The position numbers were made by a program, and so were the translations under genes. A model generated the notes under the pieces. The model saw nothing but the letters and a program-made list of their open reading frames with translations, was not told where the DNA came from and searched no databases. DNA of 32,000 bases from an uncultured Erysipelotrichaceae bacterium (GTDB taxonomy: Bacteria; Bacillota_I; Bacilli_A; Erysipelotrichales; Erysipelotrichaceae). Numbering within the stretch: the first letter of the stretch is position 1; every line of letters begins with the position of its first letter. Shown here piece after piece: positions 8,151 to 16,429 of the stretch. Location of the stretch: positions 1 to 32,000 of the forward strand of contig CAYNZZ010000005.1 in NCBI GenBank assembly GCA_964401865.1, read 5' to 3'.

Positions 8151-8154
8151 GATT

Positions 8155-8799
8155 ATGAGAAGCAGATTTGATGAGCAACTTAAGTTACTAAATAAGAAAA
8201 TGATTGGAATGGGCGCTGAATGTGAAAGCATTATTGCTCTATCCTCAAAAGCACTTTTGGAGGGCAATACTGCAAGCACACGCAAAGCAAAAGAAAAAGG
8301 TCATAAAATCGACCAAATGGAGCGTGAGATCGAATCCATTTGCTTAAAGCTCTTGCTCCAACAGCAACCCGTAGCTAAAGACCTTCGAGTTATCTCTGCT
8401 GCCCTTAAAATGATTACTGATATGGAAAGAATCGGCGATCAGGCAGAAGATATTGCTGAAATTATTCCTTTTCTTAACGGCAGAACCGGCGAGGAATGCC
8501 GCGATATCCGGCTTATGGCAGAAGCCACTATCAAAATGGTGACTGAAAGTATTGATGCTTATGTAAAACAAGACCTTGAGTTTGCCAAGCTAGTATCTGA
8601 TTACGATGATGTGGTGGATGCTGCTTTTGACCGTGTAAAACAGACGCTTATTAAGATGATTTCTGAAAATACCGCTGATGGTGAGTATGCTTTAAACCTT
8701 CTTATGATAGCGAAATACTTTGAACGCATTGGAGACCACGCTGTAAATATTGCGGAGTGGGTTGAGTTCTCTGTGACTGGCGTTCATAAAGGAGAGTAA
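8155..8799 (+). CDS. phoU: Phosphate signalling regulator PhoU
   Basis: Start at MRSRFDEQL (ATG 8155), because the longer track ORF overlaps pstB. Duplicated ERIGDQAEDIAE / ERIGDHAVNIAE motifs. Confidence 0.9.
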   Translation: MRSRFDEQLKLLNKKMIGMGAECESIIALSSKALLEGNTASTRKAKEKGHKIDQMEREIESICLKLLLQQQPVAKDLRVISAALKMITDMERIGDQAEDIAEIIPFLNGRTGEECRDIRLMAEATIKMVTESIDAYVKQDLEFAKLVSDYDDVVDAAFDRVKQTLIKMISENTADGEYALNLLMIAKYFERIGDHAVNIAEWVEFSVTGVHKGE

Positions 8800-8800
8800 T

Positions 8801-9475
8801 ATGATTTGGTGTGTTGATGATGACAATACCATTCGTGACATTGAAGTTTATGCATTGACACAAACCGGATTTGATGCGAAAGGATTTGGTGACAGCATTT
8901 CTATGCTAGAAGCGTTGAAAACCGAAAAGCCGGAGCTGATTGTGCTTGATATTATGCTTCCCGGCAAGGACGGTGTTGATGTCTTGAAAGAAATCCGAAG
9001 CAATCCTGAAACCTGTAAAATTCCGGTGATTATGGCGACCGCCAAAGGTACTGAGATGGACAAAATTCAGGGACTTGATACAGGAGCAGATGATTATCTT
9101 GTAAAGCCTTTCGGTGTAATGGAAATGGTATCTCGTATTAAAGCGGTACTCCGCCGCTGCAAGCCTGATAAAAAGGACGAAGTACTTTCCGTCGCTGAAA
9201 TAACACTCAACGACAATGAGCATCTTGTAACTGTCAGCGGTGAAAAGGTGATACTTACCTTTAAAGAATTTGAGATATTAAAAACCTTTATGAGTAATCC
9301 AGGCATTGTGTTCTCTCGTGATAAGCTCCTATCGGAAGTGTGGGGTGTAGATTATCTCGGTGAGTCGAGAACGGTAGATATGCACATTAAAACCCTTCGT
9401 CAGAAGTTGGGTGATGCAGGTTCCTGTATTGAAACGGTGATTGGTGTCGGTTATCGTATGGGAGGGAAGAAATGA
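8801..9475 (+). CDS. phoP: OmpR-family response regulator (PhoP/PhoB-type by context)
   Basis: Receiver domain (DDD..., LDIMLPGKDG, KP) plus a winged-helix C-terminus (RTVDMHIKTLRQKL). Lies immediately downstream of phoU and overlaps the kinase gene. Confidence 0.8.
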   Translation: MIWCVDDDNTIRDIEVYALTQTGFDAKGFGDSISMLEALKTEKPELIVLDIMLPGKDGVDVLKEIRSNPETCKIPVIMATAKGTEMDKIQGLDTGADDYLVKPFGVMEMVSRIKAVLRRCKPDKKDEVLSVAEITLNDNEHLVTVSGEKVILTFKEFEILKTFMSNPGIVFSRDKLLSEVWGVDYLGESRTVDMHIKTLRQKLGDAGSCIETVIGVGYRMGGKK

Positions 9476-11118
9476 CAAAGAAAATCTTTCGCTCCATTAT
9501 AGCTGTTGCAATGGTTGTGCTTTTGGCAAGTCTTTTTATTGCAATTACCTTTTTATACAATTATTTTAATAAATCACAGGTTTCTCAGCTCAAGGAGGAG
9601 CTTTCTCTTGCTTCAACCAGTGTAGATAAAGTAGGTATCGAATATTTTGATAATTTTAATTCCCCTGTTTTCCGTTTTACTTTGATTGATGATGATGGCG
9701 AGGTGCTTTATGACTCACAAGCAACGGCAGAAGATATGGAAAATCACCTTGAACGTGAAGAAATCATCGAAGCGCTTGAAAGCGGATATGGTAGCAGCGC
9801 AAGATATTCATCCACTTTGACTGAGAAAACTTTCTATGAAGCAATCCGCCTTGAAAGTGGCAAAGTGCTTCGCATTTCTGTAAGTCAGGTAACGGTGGGA
9901 GCATTGATTATCAGTATGCTTCCTGCTATTTGTGTCATTGCTTTGATTTCTGTTGTGGTAGCCTTGTTGTTGTCACGCAAAATGGCAAAGAGCATTGTAA
10001 AACCACTGAATGAGCTTGATCTTGAAAACCCTGCCGAAAACGACACTTATGAGGAACTGGCACCTATCCTCACAAAGATAAACAAGCAACACAAGCAGAT
10101 CATACAGCAGATGCGTGAGTTGAGACAAAAATCCGATGAGTTTGAGCAAATAACTGCTTCAATGAACGAGGGACTTGTTCTGCTTGATAAAAAAGGAATG
10201 ATTCTCAGCGTCAACGCTGCTGCTAAAAAACTGTTTGGGGCAGATGAAATGGCAATTGGTCATGATTTCCTTGCGCTTGACCGTAGTGCTGATATGAGTC
10301 ATGCTATTGAAAAGGCGTTTAATGGTAAAAAAGCCGAGTTGCGTGAGGAAAGGAACGGGAGTGAGTATCAGTTTATTATTAATCATACTGAGTCGGACGG
10401 TAAGATGATCGGCGTTGTAATTCTCTGCTTTGATATTACAGAAACGGCATTTGCCGAGCGAACCCGTAAGGAATTTACCGCTAATGTTTCTCACGAACTG
10501 AAAACACCGCTTCAATCCATTATCGGTAGTGCGGAACTACTTGAAAACGGTCTTGTAAAACCGGAGGATACAAAAAGATTTGTCGGCAATATCAAGAACG
10601 AAGCTACGCGACTTGTTTTACTTATTAATGATATTATCCGTCTTTCTCAGTTAGATGAGGATAGTGAGACTGTTACTGAGTCTGTGGATCTGTATGATAT
10701 AGCAAATGAGGTTATTGAGCTGTTGACCGTGTCGGCCTCAAAAAAGCAGGTGGAACTCTATCTAAATGGTGAGTCCTGCGTAATGAACGGTGTCCGCAGA
10801 TACCTCTATGAGATTATCTATAATCTTTGTGACAACGCCATCCGCTATAACAAAGACGGCGGCAAGGTAATGATTGATCTTAAAAATAAGGGTAGTAACA
10901 TTGTTCTCTCCGTAAGTGATACCGGTATTGGTATTCCTGTCGAACATCAAAACCGTATTTTTGAACGCTTTTATCGTGTGGATAAGAGTCATTCCAAGGA
11001 AACAGGTGGCACAGGTCTTGGACTTTCGATTGTTAAACATGCCGTAGCCTATCACGGTGGTACTATTAAGCTTGAAAGCAAAGTTGGAGAAGGTACAATA
11101 ATTACAGTTGAATTCTAA
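9472..11118 (+). CDS. phoR: Sensor histidine kinase PhoR-type (TM, PAS, HisKA, HATPase)
   Basis: Two TM segments and a PAS-like region. H-box FTANVSHELKTPL, N-box DNAIRYN, G-boxes DTGIGI and GGTGLGLSIV. Confidence 0.8.
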   Translation: MTKKIFRSIIAVAMVVLLASLFIAITFLYNYFNKSQVSQLKEELSLASTSVDKVGIEYFDNFNSPVFRFTLIDDDGEVLYDSQATAEDMENHLEREEIIEALESGYGSSARYSSTLTEKTFYEAIRLESGKVLRISVSQVTVGALIISMLPAICVIALISVVVALLLSRKMAKSIVKPLNELDLENPAENDTYEELAPILTKINKQHKQIIQQMRELRQKSDEFEQITASMNEGLVLLDKKGMILSVNAAAKKLFGADEMAIGHDFLALDRSADMSHAIEKAFNGKKAELREERNGSEYQFIINHTESDGKMIGVVILCFDITETAFAERTRKEFTANVSHELKTPLQSIIGSAELLENGLVKPEDTKRFVGNIKNEATRLVLLINDIIRLSQLDEDSETVTESVDLYDIANEVIELLTVSASKKQVELYLNGESCVMNGVRRYLYEIIYNLCDNAIRYNKDGGKVMIDLKNKGSNIVLSVSDTGIGIPVEHQNRIFERFYRVDKSHSKETGGTGLGLSIVKHAVAYHGGTIKLESKVGEGTIITVEF

Positions 11119-11441
11119 AATCATTGGCGGTTTAACACAGTATAATACAGATATATCGTGTATCAAAAAAATAAGAAAAAACACATAAACAGAATTATTT
11201 AGTCTTGACCTAGCGGGAATAAATATACAAGTTAAAAAAAGCTAATAAATAAAAGCATATTTTGAATATTAAAAATAAAATGACTTTAAATTGACCTTAA
11301 AAAGTCAAAGAATGGGTCATTTTTGTTATGTTAAAAGATTTCCTTTTGATAAACTGCTTGACAGATACTTCATATCGTTAAATAGTTTATCAAAGATTAA
11401 ATTTTCAATTCAGGAAGATTGAATTCTAATTAAATAATTAC

Positions 11442-11493
11442 TTGACTGCATATAAGAAAATAGTTTAAAATGTTAAATGTTCACAAAGTGAAC
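11442..11493 (+). promoter_or_regulatory. marR-degV promoter with perfect palindromic operator
   Basis: TTGACT (11442-11447), 18 nt spacer, TAAAAT (11466-11471). The palindrome GTTCAC-AAA-GTGAAC (11479-11493) sits over the predicted transcription start. Confidence 0.55.
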
Positions 11494-11507
11494 TAAATAG
11501 GATTAAA

Positions 11508-11927
11508 ATGAATAAGATTAATGATAATATTTTAAGTTCATGGATTAGATTGATACTCGCAGTTGATTCAGAGAGATTGATTAAGGATATGCCCTTTAAT
11601 GAAGCAGTAATTTGTAATATTCTTTACCATGACGATAAAGAGATTACAGCTACAAAGTTGTGTGAAATTACAGGGATGAAAAAATCACAAATGAATCGAA
11701 CTCTGACTATCATGGAAGATAAAGGGATGATTAAAAGAGAACGTTCTTTAGATGATAAACGTCAAATTTATATATCAATGAATGAAAATAAAAAAGATGT
11801 ATATATAAAAATGCACAAAAATACGCTTAAGATAGTTGAAAGCATCGCTTCAAATTTTAATAATGAAGAGCTTGATGAAATCATTAATATTTTTAATCGT
11901 GTAGCGAATGTCGCTAGAAAGAAATAG
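11508..11927 (+). CDS. MarR-family transcriptional regulator
   Basis: Winged-helix segment TATKLCEITGMKKSQMNRTLTIMEDKGMIKRERSLDDKRQIYISMNE. Confidence 0.85.
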   Translation: MNKINDNILSSWIRLILAVDSERLIKDMPFNEAVICNILYHDDKEITATKLCEITGMKKSQMNRTLTIMEDKGMIKRERSLDDKRQIYISMNENKKDVYIKMHKNTLKIVESIASNFNNEELDEIINIFNRVANVARKK

Positions 11928-11931
11928 TAAA

Positions 11932-12756
11932 ATGATACGTTTATTGGTAGATTCAACATCGGATTTAAATCAAGAATATGGAGTATATTGCATTCCGTTA
12001 AAAGTAGAGATAGATGGCAAAGTTTATAGAGATGGAATAGATCTCGACAAAGATTCCTTTTATCAATTATTGACTTCGAGTAAGAATTTTCCTAAAACTT
12101 CACAACCAAGTCCTCAGGATTATGTTGATATCTTTGAAGAAGTTAAAAAGAACAATGATACTTTAATTTGTATTTTATTATCAAGTGCTTTAAGTGGCAC
12201 ATATCAAAGTGCTGTCTTAGCTAAGAATATTGTTGAGTATGATAATATATATATTATTGATTCATTAAGCACTTCATTTGCAATTAAGATTATGGTTGAT
12301 AAAGCTAATGAAATGATTAAGGACGGCAAAGAACTTGATGAAATAATTAATACTCTTGAGGAATTAAAACATCATATTAAAATATATGCTTCGTTTGATA
12401 CTTTAAAATATTTATCTAAAGGCGGAAGGTTAAATGCAACAGCTGCAGCTATTGGTAATATTGCAAGATTAAAACCGATAATCACTGTTGATATTGAAGG
12501 AAAAGTGGAAATGATAGCTAAGAAACTCGGTTTAATAAAAAGTATTAGGTATATTGAGGAGTTAATCAACAACTCTCAGATTGACGAGAAATATCCTAAG
12601 TATATGTTATATACATATGGAACCGATAATATGCATAAGATGAAGAACATATTAAATAAAGCAGGATTTATTGAGAATGGTATATTCCAGGTAGGCTCAA
12701 CAATCGGAGCGCATGTTGGACCTGAAGCTTTTGGAGTCATCTTTGTAGAAAAATAA
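11932..12756 (+). CDS. DegV-family fatty-acid-binding protein (FakB-like)
   Basis: MIRLLVDSTSDL..., SQPSPQDY, and LSSALSGTYQSA are typical DegV motifs. Start taken at ATG 11932. Confidence 0.85.
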   Translation: MIRLLVDSTSDLNQEYGVYCIPLKVEIDGKVYRDGIDLDKDSFYQLLTSSKNFPKTSQPSPQDYVDIFEEVKKNNDTLICILLSSALSGTYQSAVLAKNIVEYDNIYIIDSLSTSFAIKIMVDKANEMIKDGKELDEIINTLEELKHHIKIYASFDTLKYLSKGGRLNATAAAIGNIARLKPIITVDIEGKVEMIAKKLGLIKSIRYIEELINNSQIDEKYPKYMLYTYGTDNMHKMKNILNKAGFIENGIFQVGSTIGAHVGPEAFGVIFVEK

Positions 12757-12835
12757 AGCCTCAAACTTAAAATGATTCAGTTTTAGACATTTTTTAAATT
12801 GTTCTGTTAATTATCTTAATAACAGGGCGTGTCAA

Positions 12836-12880
12836 AATAAAAAATCATCTGTCTAAATTGTGGGACAGATGATTTTGTTT
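12836..12880. terminator. Bidirectional intrinsic terminator between convergent degV and antiporter genes
   Basis: AAAAATCATCTGTC ... GACAGATGATTTTGTTTT (10-bp perfect stem). Confidence 0.75.
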
Positions 12881-12924
12881 TACCTTTGAATACTGCTTGA
12901 GCATTTACCGGTATCAAAAGCAAG

Positions 12925-12950
12925 TCTACATCATCTCATGATGATGTAGA
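12925..12950 (-). terminator. 11-bp perfect inverted repeat spanning the antiporter stop codon (possible embedded terminator)
   Basis: Minus strand reads TCTACATCATC-ATGA-GATGATGTAGA followed by CTTGCTTTTGA. It includes the last 6 codons and the stop. Confidence 0.35.
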
Positions 12951-13848
12951 TCATATAAATGATATATGCACTAACACAAATAATTCCTTCGACTCGATTC
13001 GTTTTCTTTCCGCTTTTTGCTACAACAAGAATTAGAATGGTAGTGGCAATTAAAACGGCGGTATCAATAATCAGTTCAGGAACCACATTGATAGGACTCA
13101 ACAAAGAAACTGCTCCCAAGATAAACAAGATATTAAATAGACACGAACCTATTGCATTGCCTAAAGCAATACCTGAGTCGCCTTTTCTTGATGCGGTGAT
13201 AGATGTTACAAGTTCTGGCAAAGAAGTACCAACTGCTACGATGGTAAGACCTACAAGTGTATCGCTCATACCCCAACTTTTGGCTATTAGACTCGCGTTA
13301 TTTACCACTAATTCGCCACCTAGTATGACAGCTGCAAGACCAGCGATAACGAAAAGCAAACTTTTTGATAAAGGCATGACATCGGTCGCAACATCTTCAA
13401 TTCGATTTTTTAAAGCACTATGAATCATTAAACCAATATAAATGGCGAGCGTAGCCAAAAGGATTATTCCATCGATACGGCCGATATTTCCGTCAATAAT
13501 TAAAATAAAAAGTAAAATAGTTACACCGATGTTCCAATATAAATCACGCTTTAAAATATCTTTATGAGAAGTTGCTGGGAAAATAATCGCACAAACACCA
13601 ATTACAACTAACAAATTAAAAATATTAGACCCGACGATATTACCTAGAGAAATATCACTACTTCCAGCTAGTCCTGCATTAATGCTGACAGCAGCTTCCG
13701 GTGCACTGGTACCCATTGCTACAATGGTTAGACCGATAATGACTGAAGGAATTTTCAAAATGCCCGCAATAGATGAAGAGCCGTCCACAAAAAAGTCAGC
13801 TCCTTTAATCAACAGAATAAATCCGATGATTAGCAAAAAATACATCAT
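12931..13848 (-). CDS. CaCA-family (YrbG-type) Ca2+/Na+ antiporter
   Basis: Two alpha-repeat signatures, GTSAPE and GTSLPE, in a 10-TM-like protein. Strong RBS AGGAGG. Confidence 0.85.
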   Translation of the reverse strand: MMYFLLIIGFILLIKGADFFVDGSSSIAGILKIPSVIIGLTIVAMGTSAPEAAVSINAGLAGSSDISLGNIVGSNIFNLLVVIGVCAIIFPATSHKDILKRDLYWNIGVTILLFILIIDGNIGRIDGIILLATLAIYIGLMIHSALKNRIEDVATDVMPLSKSLLFVIAGLAAVILGGELVVNNASLIAKSWGMSDTLVGLTIVAVGTSLPELVTSITASRKGDSGIALGNAIGSCLFNILFILGAVSLLSPINVVPELIIDTAVLIATTILILVVAKSGKKTNRVEGIICVSAYIIYMIYIIMR

Positions 13849-13881
13849 ATAAATAGCCTCCTAAAATGTTTTAGGTTGCGG

Positions 13882-14012
13882 AAAAAAAGACTTCCACCGC
13901 ACACCTTGCAGTAAAAGTCTTGTTACAAACATTATTTGTAAGTGCATTGTCCGGCCTTATGGCGAGATGACGAACAGTGCAACGCTCATAAGCGCTAACT
14001 ACTCCCTGTTAC
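13882..14012 (-). promoter_or_regulatory. yybP-ykoY-type (Mn2+) riboswitch candidate with intrinsic terminator in the antiporter leader
   Basis: The minus-strand RNA is GUAACAG-GGAGUAG ... CAAGA-CUUUUAC. Three hairpins lie in between: AGCGCU/AGCGUU; GCACUGUUCG/CGGACAAUGC enclosing GCC-AUAA-GGC; and UUACAAA/UUUGUAA. This is a four-way junction with the hallmark GGGAGUAG and CAAGAC strands as I remember them from the L. lactis Mn2+ riboswitch. The 3' P1 strand overlaps the terminator GACUUUUACUGCA-AGGUG-UGCGGUGGAAGUC + U7 (13882-13919). Confidence 0.7.
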
Positions 14013-14022
14013 TAACAGATAG

Positions 14023-14051
14023 AAAATATCACGAAAAAACGATATTGTCAA
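14023..14051 (-). promoter_or_regulatory. Promoter of the riboswitch-antiporter transcript
   Basis: Minus strand TTGACA (14051-14046), 17 nt spacer, then the extended -10 TGaTATTTT (14031-14023). The predicted start falls just before the P1 strand. Confidence 0.55.
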
Positions 14052-14121
14052 TATTATAAAAACCACCTGCTTTGATTTGAAATTATTTTGAAACCAATTG
14101 CAGTGTATAAAAATTTTATTC

Positions 14122-14150
14122 TTGACTTCAAAACTTCTTTTTCATAAAAT
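14122..14150 (+). promoter_or_regulatory. Promoter of the MATE fusion gene
   Basis: TTGACT (14122-14127), 17 nt spacer, TAAAAT (14145-14150). Confidence 0.55.
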
Positions 14151-14174
14151 ACATAAAGTCGAACAGCAAACTAA

Positions 14175-14208
14175 GCGTAGAATTACGACAATTCTGCGCT
14201 TTTCTTTT
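14175..14208 (+). terminator. Terminator-like hairpin inside the MATE gene leader
   Basis: GCGTAGAATT-ACGAC-AATTCTGCGC (10 bp, one G-U) followed by TTTTCTTTT. It is enclosed by the outer complementary arms GTCGAA (14158-14163) and TTCGAC (14206-14211). Confidence 0.5.
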
Positions 14209-14277
14209 CGACCAAATAGTTTTCAGGTAGCTTTCCCTTTGATAAAGACTCCAAATAGAAGTTTAAAGGAGGTTTAC

Positions 14278-16287
14278 ATGAATCAATCAGAAACAATCAA
14301 TAATAGTCAATTTTTAGGAACAGAAAAGATAGGCAAATTGATGTTTAAATATTCTGTTCCATGCGTGCTGTCATTGTTGGTTAGCGCACTTTATAATATT
14401 GTCGATCAAATCTTTATCGGTAATAGTGAATTAAGCACTTTAGGCAATGCTGCTACCGGCGTGGTATTTCCAGTTTTTGTCATTGCTCAGGCATTTGCGT
14501 GGTGCTATGGCGATGGATGTGCAGCGTACCTTAATATCTGTCAGGGTAAAAATGATGATGAATCAGCACATAAAGCAGTAGGCACAGGTATAATCATCAC
14601 TACTCTTACCAGTATTATCTTAATGTTGATACTATTTCCATTTAAAACACAAATTTTGTCATTTTTCGGCGCATCACAAAACAGCTTAGGAATGGCGATA
14701 GAATACTTTGATATAATTCTGATCTTCTTCCCTGCTTACTTGTTGTCAAATATGATGAATTCGGTAATCCGTGCTGATGGCAGTCCTGTTTGGTCAATGG
14801 CATCAATGGTTGTCGGGGCGGTCGTTAATATCATTTTGGACCCGGTATTCATTTTTGTGTTGCGCTGGGGCATGATGGGCGCCGCCTTGGCAACGGGTAT
14901 TGGTCAAATTATTTCGTTTTTGATAAGTGTTATTTACTTTTTCAACACTAAGACATTCAAACTCACAAAAAACAGTTTTATCATTGATATCAAATCATTT
15001 ATTGGCGCATTAAAGTTAGGCATATCATCTTTTATTACTCAAATAACAATCGTTATTGTTACGGTGGTATGTAATATCTTGCTGGCAAAATATGGTGCGA
15101 TGTCGCATTATGGTGCCGATATTCCTATTGCAATTATCGGTATCGAAAACAAGGTATTTACAGTTGTAATTAACTTGGTGGTCGGAATTGCTTTGGGTTG
15201 CCAACCTATCATCGGTTATAATATGGGCGCCAAAAACTATGATCGAGTTAAGAAAATCTATAGAATTATCCTGCTATTCACGATAGTGATTGGTTTAGTT
15301 TCTACATTATTTTTTGAACTAGCTCCTGATATGATTGTTGGGATTTTTGGCACTCCAACTAATATCCCTAATCCTCAGGATTATTGGGAATTTGCTGAAA
15401 AGACATTCCGTATTTTCCTTTCACTTGTATCATTTACTTGTATTGTTAAAGTTACATCAATATTCTTCCAAGCCGTTGGTGAACCATTAAAAGCGGTTGT
15501 AGCTTCAATGATAAGAGATATTGTTTGTTTTGTTCCTTTTGCATTTATATTGCCACTGTTCTTTGAAATAGATGGAATTTTATATGCTGGACCAGCATCT
15601 GATTTTGTGGCAATGATTGTTGCTTCGGTATTAATTATTAGATTCATGCATTCTATGAAAGAAGGTGGAACAGAAACTATTGAGGATGTAATATTAAAAC
15701 CATCAAAGCATGGCTTTATTATAACAATTGGGAGAGAACATGGATCGTCTGGTAAGCAAATCGCCAGGTTGGTAGCTGAAAAATTAAATATTCCATTCTA
15801 TTACAAAGAGATGACAGCTTTAGCTGCTCAAGAGAGTGGACTTGATAAAGAATTTGTTTCTGGTCTAGATACTAATTCTCCAGATGTTTTGCGTAGCTTA
15901 TATTTGAGTGCTGATGTCCTCCAACAAGCTATCGTAGCTCAAGATAAGATAATTAAAAAGATCGCCAATGAAGGCAGTTGTGTGATTGTTGGAAGAGCCG
16001 CTGACTATGTCTTGAGAGATTATGATAATGTAATTAACATCTTTATATATGCTCCAAATGAATACCGTGTCAATCGTATTATGGAAGTATATGGTGATAG
16101 CTTGGAAGAAGCGAAGAAATATGTAAGACATTCTGATGAATCTAGAGCGGCTTACTATAAAAATATTTCTGGACAGACTTGGGGACATCGCAATAATTAC
16201 GATCTTCTTGTCAATAGTTCGATTGGTGTTGAGGAATCAGCCGAATTAATTTATCAATATATCACAAATATTAAACAAGCTGCTTAA
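14278..16287 (+). CDS. MATE-family efflux transporter fused to a C-terminal cytidylate-kinase-like (Cytidylate_kin2) domain
   Basis: Start at MNQSETINN, with AAAGGAGG upstream. The first ~450 aa are a 12-TM MATE (KIGKLMFKYSVPCVLS..., ADGSPVWSM). The last ~200 aa (ITIGREHGSSGKQIARLVAEKLNIPFYYKE ... CVIVGRAADYVL ... HSDESRAAYYKNISGQTWGHRNNYDLLVNSS) match the cytidylate kinase-like family. It is a single uninterrupted frame. Confidence 0.8.
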   Translation: MNQSETINNSQFLGTEKIGKLMFKYSVPCVLSLLVSALYNIVDQIFIGNSELSTLGNAATGVVFPVFVIAQAFAWCYGDGCAAYLNICQGKNDDESAHKAVGTGIIITTLTSIILMLILFPFKTQILSFFGASQNSLGMAIEYFDIILIFFPAYLLSNMMNSVIRADGSPVWSMASMVVGAVVNIILDPVFIFVLRWGMMGAALATGIGQIISFLISVIYFFNTKTFKLTKNSFIIDIKSFIGALKLGISSFITQITIVIVTVVCNILLAKYGAMSHYGADIPIAIIGIENKVFTVVINLVVGIALGCQPIIGYNMGAKNYDRVKKIYRIILLFTIVIGLVSTLFFELAPDMIVGIFGTPTNIPNPQDYWEFAEKTFRIFLSLVSFTCIVKVTSIFFQAVGEPLKAVVASMIRDIVCFVPFAFILPLFFEIDGILYAGPASDFVAMIVASVLIIRFMHSMKEGGTETIEDVILKPSKHGFIITIGREHGSSGKQIARLVAEKLNIPFYYKEMTALAAQESGLDKEFVSGLDTNSPDVLRSLYLSADVLQQAIVAQDKIIKKIANEGSCVIVGRAADYVLRDYDNVINIFIYAPNEYRVNRIMEVYGDSLEEAKKYVRHSDESRAAYYKNISGQTWGHRNNYDLLVNSSIGVEESAELIYQYITNIKQAA

Positions 16288-16315
16288 AATATAAGCGTTA
16301 TTAAAATATCAATAT

Positions 16316-16362
16316 AAAAAAGACGAGTTGTGTTTGAAACTTAAAACAAATTCGTCTTTTTG
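16316..16362. terminator. Bidirectional intrinsic terminator
   Basis: AAAAAAGACGA ... TCGTCTTTTT between convergent genes. Confidence 0.7.
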
Positions 16363-16429
16363 TTGTCACTTGTTTTTTTATAAATCAAAAATGTGTAATA
16401 ATCACTTTAAAGGGTATACAAAGGAAATA

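Noticed and set aside
8077-8154. Upstream extension of phoU overlapping the end of pstB
   Set aside because: The PhoU family starts at MRSRFDEQL. The extension is just the pstB 3' end read in another frame.
11119-11200. Terminator for the pst-pho operon immediately after phoR
   Set aside because: The only candidate stem (ACACAGTATA / TATATCGTGT) has two central mismatches and no clear U-run, so I could not support a terminator call.
12959-13423. 154-aa plus-strand ORF inside the CaCA antiporter gene, and similar antisense ORFs at 1372-1575, 2363-2707, 15381-15647, 15898-16188, 16956-17228, 17764-18039, 19008-19562, 24929-25156, 26192-26428, 28092-28403, 29424-29660 and 31049-31276
   Set aside because: All are antisense or out-of-frame overlaps of genes with strong family motifs, and none has its own translation signals or recognisable domains.
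14098-14277. 60-codon N-terminal extension of the MATE ORF from a TTG start
   Set aside because: The extension covers the predicted promoter and the leader hairpin and has no RBS. The internal ATG at 14278 has a near-perfect AAAGGAGG RBS and begins a normal MATE N-terminus. The open frame is probably chance.
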